Origin: a virus
Virus record (IMG/VR): IMGVR_UViG_3300044568_002423
Length of the DNA: 64,000 nt
Reading direction: 5' to 3' (one strand)
The notes below the pieces were generated by a model. That model did not search any database and had not been told where the DNA came from. It saw nothing but the letters and a program-made list of their open reading frames with translations. The position numbers and the translations under genes were made by a program. Shown piece after piece: positions 59,843 to 64,000 of this stretch (positions are counted from its first letter, which is position 1; each line of letters starts with the position of its first letter).

Positions 59843-59852
59843 ATTTATATCT

Positions 59853-60203
59853 TTATAATATGTGTTGAGATATAACCATACAGCTTATCCAAACCCATAC
59901 TAAATTAAATGCCACTAGAGTGGGTAATAATTTTTTATTACTAGCCCATATCAATGACAAACTGGTCAAAAGAGTGAAGCAATATAACCACCATATCTGT
60001 ATTCCAAATATCAATCCTGGAATAATAATTATAGCTTTAGCTGCCCAACTTAAAAATTCAACAGTGTTATAATCAGTCCAATATGATCTGTTAAACCACA
60101 TTTTAAAACATTCACCTATTCTTTTCCAATTCGAATGTGTAAAAACTATTATAACTAATACGATCCAAGTGCCAGTAGCTAAAATTACTTGTTCGATATT
60201 CAT
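59853..60203 (-). CDS. Small integral membrane protein
   Basis: 116 aa, about 4 hydrophobic segments, Trp-rich; coupled to the clamp gene. Confidence 0.75.
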   Translation of the reverse strand: MNIEQVILATGTWIVLVIIVFTHSNWKRIGECFKMWFNRSYWTDYNTVEFLSWAAKAIIIIPGLIFGIQIWWLYCFTLLTSLSLIWASNKKLLPTLVAFNLVWVWISCMVISQHIL

Positions 60204-60934
60204 TATTTTACCTGTGCCCTAAATGTATAGTTATACTTTGCAATACCGCTATCAACCGTTATCTGTAACGCACCCCCATCATTTATTTTGACAGTTTTGT
60301 CACCAAACAGGTTTAATACACTGATTACTAATGATTTTGGCCATGCCCAATTTGATTTCAATATACCGGAGACATTTGGATGGAATACAAAATTACCAGC
60401 ATGGGTATTCAAATCACCGAAGCTTATAACTAGGTTTCCATCCTGTGTAGTAGTTTGAAATACAGTTTCTTCGGTATGTGCTGATGCTTGGAATTTCAAT
60501 CGTTGAATATTTGTTTGGGTTGGTTCAAACTGAACTTGCCAAGTTGTTCCTGAAAAATTAGGATTGCCAACTTGTTTATCAATAATAAATCTATTAATAA
60601 ATCGATAATCATTTTGAAAGTCACCAGAGGCATTTTCAAAATGTAATCCAGTAGGTATTACTTCACCATCACGAGTTTCGGTAAGTAATTTAATAGTTGC
60701 GTTATCTTGATATTCTGGGCATTTTAGATGTAAATCTAACTTATTTAAGTATGTCATGCCAAATACGCCAGATAACTTTGTTAATGGAACATGTGTAATT
60801 CCATTCAACATCATTATTTTATCTTCAGATATAGCATCAATGATGGTAGATTCTGGAGTAGCGGTAATTCTAATAGCTGGAACTACTCCTAGACTGTGGG
60901 TATGTGAGACGACATCTTGTAGAAAATCTTTCAT
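60203..60934 (-). CDS. gp45: Probable DNA polymerase sliding clamp, gp45/PCNA-like
   Basis: 243 aa two-domain beta-rich pattern ending GALQITVDSGIAKYNYTFRAQ; directly downstream of the PolB gene. Confidence 0.7.
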   Translation of the reverse strand: MKDFLQDVVSHTHSLGVVPAIRITATPESTIIDAISEDKIMMLNGITHVPLTKLSGVFGMTYLNKLDLHLKCPEYQDNATIKLLTETRDGEVIPTGLHFENASGDFQNDYRFINRFIIDKQVGNPNFSGTTWQVQFEPTQTNIQRLKFQASAHTEETVFQTTTQDGNLVISFGDLNTHAGNFVFHPNVSGILKSNWAWPKSLVISVLNLFGDKTVKINDGGALQITVDSGIAKYNYTFRAQVK

Positions 60935-60961
60935 TATTTAATGTTCCTTTAATTAGTGGGT

Positions 60962-60990
60962 ATTATACTATTATTTTATGAGTTTGTCAA
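60962..60990 (-). promoter_or_regulatory. Sigma70-type early promoter
   Basis: TTGACA (60990-60985), 17-nt spacer, TATAAT (60967-60962). Confidence 0.85.
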
Positions 60991-60998
60991 GTAGTTTT

Positions 60999-63671
60999 TT
61001 AATAACTGAATAAACTATCAATTGATGTTTTTTCATAAGTATTATGCAAATTCCAATCAAGTACCCCAATCAAATTTGATACTTTCTTGTCAATGATAAC
61101 TGCTTCCATTTCAGCATGTTCAAATGGTAAATCTTTAAACCATTGGGGCAATCTAAATTCATCAACTGGATATGCCACGCTGGTAAATCCAAGTGGATTA
61201 TTTTTAAGTTTACAAACAATTACTTTGGCGCCATCAATAATATTCATTGAATACTTGTCACCATACATTTGTTTTAATACATTCCAGTTAATACTAGCTC
61301 GTACATGCCCGGGCATATTTATTTTACCCTTGACAGATTCTTTAAGTTGGTATTTGGTAATATTATTGGCTCGTTTTGGTGAACCTTTTTCCCATCCCGG
61401 CATTGCTTTAAACTTTGCTCGAAACTCAGTGATATGCTGTAAGACTTGTTCTTCTGGGATACCAGTGAGCACTTGTTCTAATACTTCACTTAAAAAGTTT
61501 TGTACGAACTCCGGGGTATCACTTCTTTTAAGATCCAATCCCATTGCTTTAATTTCACCAGCTTTGCCATTCGTATCTTTACGCTTTCCTTCTTTATCGT
61601 ATACCAATACTGAATATCGTTTTTTGGTAATGAATAGTGCCTTACTACCTACAATTTCTCGACCGGCTTTGATAACATCCCCTCTAGAAGGTGGACAATG
61701 AAATGAGTTTAACATGAACTGTGAAAACGTAGTATTAACTTCTTCACCAATTTCATCATATAAATTAGCTATAGATTCTCTCGTCCATTCAACATTGCCA
61801 GCAATTATTTCATTTTTTAAAGTAGGATAAGCGGAGAAATAAACAGAATCGGTATCACAGTAAATGATTGCATCGCCAGTATGATTATATTGTCCAGTTA
61901 TAATCTCGTTAACTTTTGCCGCCATATGTTTATCAATTTGCTTGCCGGTCAGGGTAACGGATTGTCCTATTCTCTTATCATAAAATCGACAGCCTTGGTT
62001 AAGTATAGCACCATATAATGAATTTAGAACAATCTTTTTAACTAACTGACGTTTATCCCAATATTCTTCCTGTTCCTTATCACCACTGGCGATTGCTTCT
62101 TTGAGTTTTTTCTGCATATCCTTACGTTCAGCATACCATCGCTTTAACAGTCCTGGGATAATAGCTTCACGATCATAAGCAAATATAGTACCGTTGGCAC
62201 TTAACATCCATGGTTGATTATTATCAAATATAAGTTGATATACTCTATCGGCACTAGCTACATCATTACCGCCATCTTCCCAATCAATTGTTATCTCTGT
62301 TTCAATTTCTCGATTCATTACTGCTTCATATTCTAATGACCCGAATAGTTTTTCCCAAGCAGAAGTTATTGACTTACCCTTGGCTTTTTCACCTTGAAGG
62401 TAAGCATCGGTCATTGTTTGTCTTAATTGTCCAACGATTGTTTCTGGACCCATGTTTAATGCACGAATAACTGATGGATAGAGAGAGTTTATATCTAATG
62501 ACCCAAGCCAATCATGCATTCCTTTTTTAGGATAAGCCACGTAAGCACCAGCAGCGCCATCATCTTCCGCAGATTTTCTTTCAGTCCTAACACGATTAGG
62601 AACTTGAAATCCCCTACGATGTGCTTCATTGATAATAGACTGTTCCGTTACTGCTACTGCTCCCATTGTAGTTGGCAATAGGACGGTACTTTCATGTGCT
62701 AGAACATTTGCAATATCCATGAACTTAAGTTTTTTATCTAGTCTTTCCAACAGCATGGTATCTTGTCTATTATATTCAATAAACTTTTTGAAGTCATTAT
62801 TGTATAATTGGTCAAGTGTGCCTTCGTACTGTGTTTTTCTTTCACCTAATTCATATTCAGCAATGGCATCTAACCGATAACTATGTCGTTCCTCATATGT
62901 ATATTTTCGATATAATTCCAAACTATCTAAGTGAACTCGTCCAACTAAATCATAAGTGACAGCCGCCTTGCCATACTTTTCATATTCACGACGTTTTGGT
63001 AACTGATCCCATAAGCACATGCGTCTAGTATCATTTTTACTTAACGCCTTTGTAATTCTATTAACGGTATATGGTATATCAAATCCTTCTGAATTCCACC
63101 CGCTAAGTACATCAGAATCTTTAATTAAGTCTAAGAACGTGTCAAGCATTTCAGCTTCTGTTGTGAACAATAACGTATTGGGAAACTCTGCTACTAGTTC
63201 AGTTGCTTCCTCCATGGATAATGTTTTTGGCGGCACCGCCAAGCAGACTAGTGTGTTTAGCCACTGTAAATATACAGCAATTGCTGTGATTGGCATAAAT
63301 GCATCATCTGGCGAAGCATATCCACGTTCAGGGTCAAAATCGACCTCGATATCGTACCACGCTACGTTTAGTTTAGGCGCATCTTTGTTTAGATAATTAT
63401 CACTTAAACAAACATAAACCGGATTGATGTCAGATTCAAATATTTGTTTATTGTTATTGATAGATAATTCTTTTCGAAATTCTTTTGAATTTTTACAAAC
63501 AATCTTGGAAACAGGTTTTCCATATATTGATTGATATTTACCACGTGGGTCATCCACGTAGAAAGTTCGTTTGACTGGGTATTCTTTAAATATTCTTTCG
63601 CCTGATAGGCTTCGTTCAACAAGGTTAACAATATCTGTATCCTTGTCATAATATGCATCGACGTAACTCAT
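60999..63671 (-). CDS. gp43: Family B DNA polymerase, gp43-like
   Basis: Exonuclease motifs DIE, GWNSEGFDIPY, YNRQD; polymerase motifs DINSLYPS, KIVLNSLYG, YCDTDS, KKRY. Confidence 0.97.
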   Translation of the reverse strand: MSYVDAYYDKDTDIVNLVERSLSGERIFKEYPVKRTFYVDDPRGKYQSIYGKPVSKIVCKNSKEFRKELSINNNKQIFESDINPVYVCLSDNYLNKDAPKLNVAWYDIEVDFDPERGYASPDDAFMPITAIAVYLQWLNTLVCLAVPPKTLSMEEATELVAEFPNTLLFTTEAEMLDTFLDLIKDSDVLSGWNSEGFDIPYTVNRITKALSKNDTRRMCLWDQLPKRREYEKYGKAAVTYDLVGRVHLDSLELYRKYTYEERHSYRLDAIAEYELGERKTQYEGTLDQLYNNDFKKFIEYNRQDTMLLERLDKKLKFMDIANVLAHESTVLLPTTMGAVAVTEQSIINEAHRRGFQVPNRVRTERKSAEDDGAAGAYVAYPKKGMHDWLGSLDINSLYPSVIRALNMGPETIVGQLRQTMTDAYLQGEKAKGKSITSAWEKLFGSLEYEAVMNREIETEITIDWEDGGNDVASADRVYQLIFDNNQPWMLSANGTIFAYDREAIIPGLLKRWYAERKDMQKKLKEAIASGDKEQEEYWDKRQLVKKIVLNSLYGAILNQGCRFYDKRIGQSVTLTGKQIDKHMAAKVNEIITGQYNHTGDAIIYCDTDSVYFSAYPTLKNEIIAGNVEWTRESIANLYDEIGEEVNTTFSQFMLNSFHCPPSRGDVIKAGREIVGSKALFITKKRYSVLVYDKEGKRKDTNGKAGEIKAMGLDLKRSDTPEFVQNFLSEVLEQVLTGIPEEQVLQHITEFRAKFKAMPGWEKGSPKRANNITKYQLKESVKGKINMPGHVRASINWNVLKQMYGDKYSMNIIDGAKVIVCKLKNNPLGFTSVAYPVDEFRLPQWFKDLPFEHAEMEAVIIDKKVSNLIGVLDWNLHNTYEKTSIDSLFSY

Positions 63672-63689
63672 TATATAATCCTTTATATT

Positions 63690-63711
63690 TTTGTGATTTC
63701 CGGCTCACAAA
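63690..63711 (-). promoter_or_regulatory. Stem-loop just 5' of the DNA polymerase SD (candidate translational operator)
   Basis: TTTGTGA-GCCGGAAA-TCACAAA ending 6 nt before SD AAGGA (63683-63679). Confidence 0.5.
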
Positions 63712-63731
63712 TACCAATATTGATAGCACAA

Positions 63732-63759
63732 GGTTGAGAGAAGATCATTTCTCTCAACC
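63732..63759 (-). terminator. Hairpin (terminator or processing site)
   Basis: 11-bp stem GGTTGAGAGAA/TTCTCTCAACC right after the upstream gene's stop; U tail is weak. Confidence 0.55.
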
Positions 63760-63768
63760 GATTATTTA

Positions 63769-64000
63769 TTAGATATTTTTAGTAATATCTAAGATTGCTT
63801 CTACTTCTTCCCATTCTTCATTATGCGTAGTCCAATTGCCCTTATGAGCAATTTTAATAGCACGGTTGATTACGGATGGTTTTAACATTAATTCTTCCGC
63901 TACTGCTTTCACGGTTTCTTTCAATCCTTCTTGTAAATCTTCTATTTCACGAAGAACAGTGCCGCCTTCGGCGATTAGTCTTTCTAATTTAGATTTTTCT
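63769..64000 (-). CDS. Double-stranded DNA-binding protein, T4 DsbA/GapR-like (5' end outside the window)
   Basis: Hand translation: ...EKSKLERLIAEGGTVLREIEDLQEGLKETVKAVAEELMLKPSVINRAIKIAHKGNW...ITKNI*. Confidence 0.65.
   Translation of the reverse strand, partial: EKSKLERLIAEGGTVLREIEDLQEGLKETVKAVAEELMLKPSVINRAIKIAHKGNWTTHNEEWEEVEAILDITKNI

Noticed and set aside
59842-59849. TATAAATA late promoter before the 102-aa ORF
   Set aside because: It overlaps the start codon itself, leaving no room for a start site; likely chance in AT-rich DNA.
61087-61701. 204-aa antisense ORF inside the DNA polymerase (also 5039-5587 in portal, 47866-48297 and similar)
   Set aside because: Shadow ORFs mirroring the codon bias of the real gene on the opposite strand; no SD, promoter or recognisable motifs.
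60999-63671. Intein or intron in the polymerase (also checked gp46 and portal)
   Set aside because: Lengths and motif spacing are normal; no intein splice motifs or homing endonuclease ORFs seen.
1-64000. Stop-codon reassignment as seen in some jumbo phages
   Set aside because: Core genes are full length in the standard code, and TAA, TAG (16398) and TGA (20216, 13118) all act as stops at sensible boundaries.

Overview
A 64 kb, AT-rich, gene-dense segment of a large T4-like (myovirus-type, probably jumbo) bacteriophage, read in the standard genetic code. All product calls come from motif recognition and gene order; no database searches were run. Layout from left to right: (1) 1-7.9 kb, minus strand: head module (gp23 major capsid, truncated; scaffold; gp21 protease; acidic core protein; gp20 portal) and tape measure. 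(2) 8.0-9.0 kb: gp26/gp51-like gene. (3) 9.9-10.4 kb: about 500 bp of non-coding, highly structured sequence. (4) 10.4-15 kb, minus strand: PD-(D/E)XK resolvase-like nuclease, Hc1-like protein, gp46, gp47 and gp55 late sigma. (5) 15-48.7 kb, plus strand: baseplate and tail-fibre operon (gp48/54-, gp53-, gp27-, gp5-, gp25- and gp6-like genes, a 4491-aa giant protein, three fibre genes, two tandem Calx-beta/Gly-rich adhesin paralogs). (6) 48.9-64 kb, minus strand: early/replication block (MoxR AAA+ with metallopeptidase-vWA partner, RNase H, orphan methyltransferase, sliding clamp, family B DNA polymerase, DsbA/GapR-like protein). Six perfect TTGACA-N17-TATAAT promoters and several T4-type TATAAATA late promoters are visible. 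Best leads: (a) a candidate large ornate ncRNA on the minus strand, in one promoter-to-terminator unit with the Hc1-like protein and the nuclease (an RNA-primed origin is the alternative); (b) a complete -1 programmed frameshift signal at the end of the gp26/gp51-like gene, suggesting a lambda G/GT-type chaperone pair; (c) tandem adhesin paralogs with divergent anchors but homogenised tips; (d) a T4 gene-43-like operator hairpin upstream of the polymerase.
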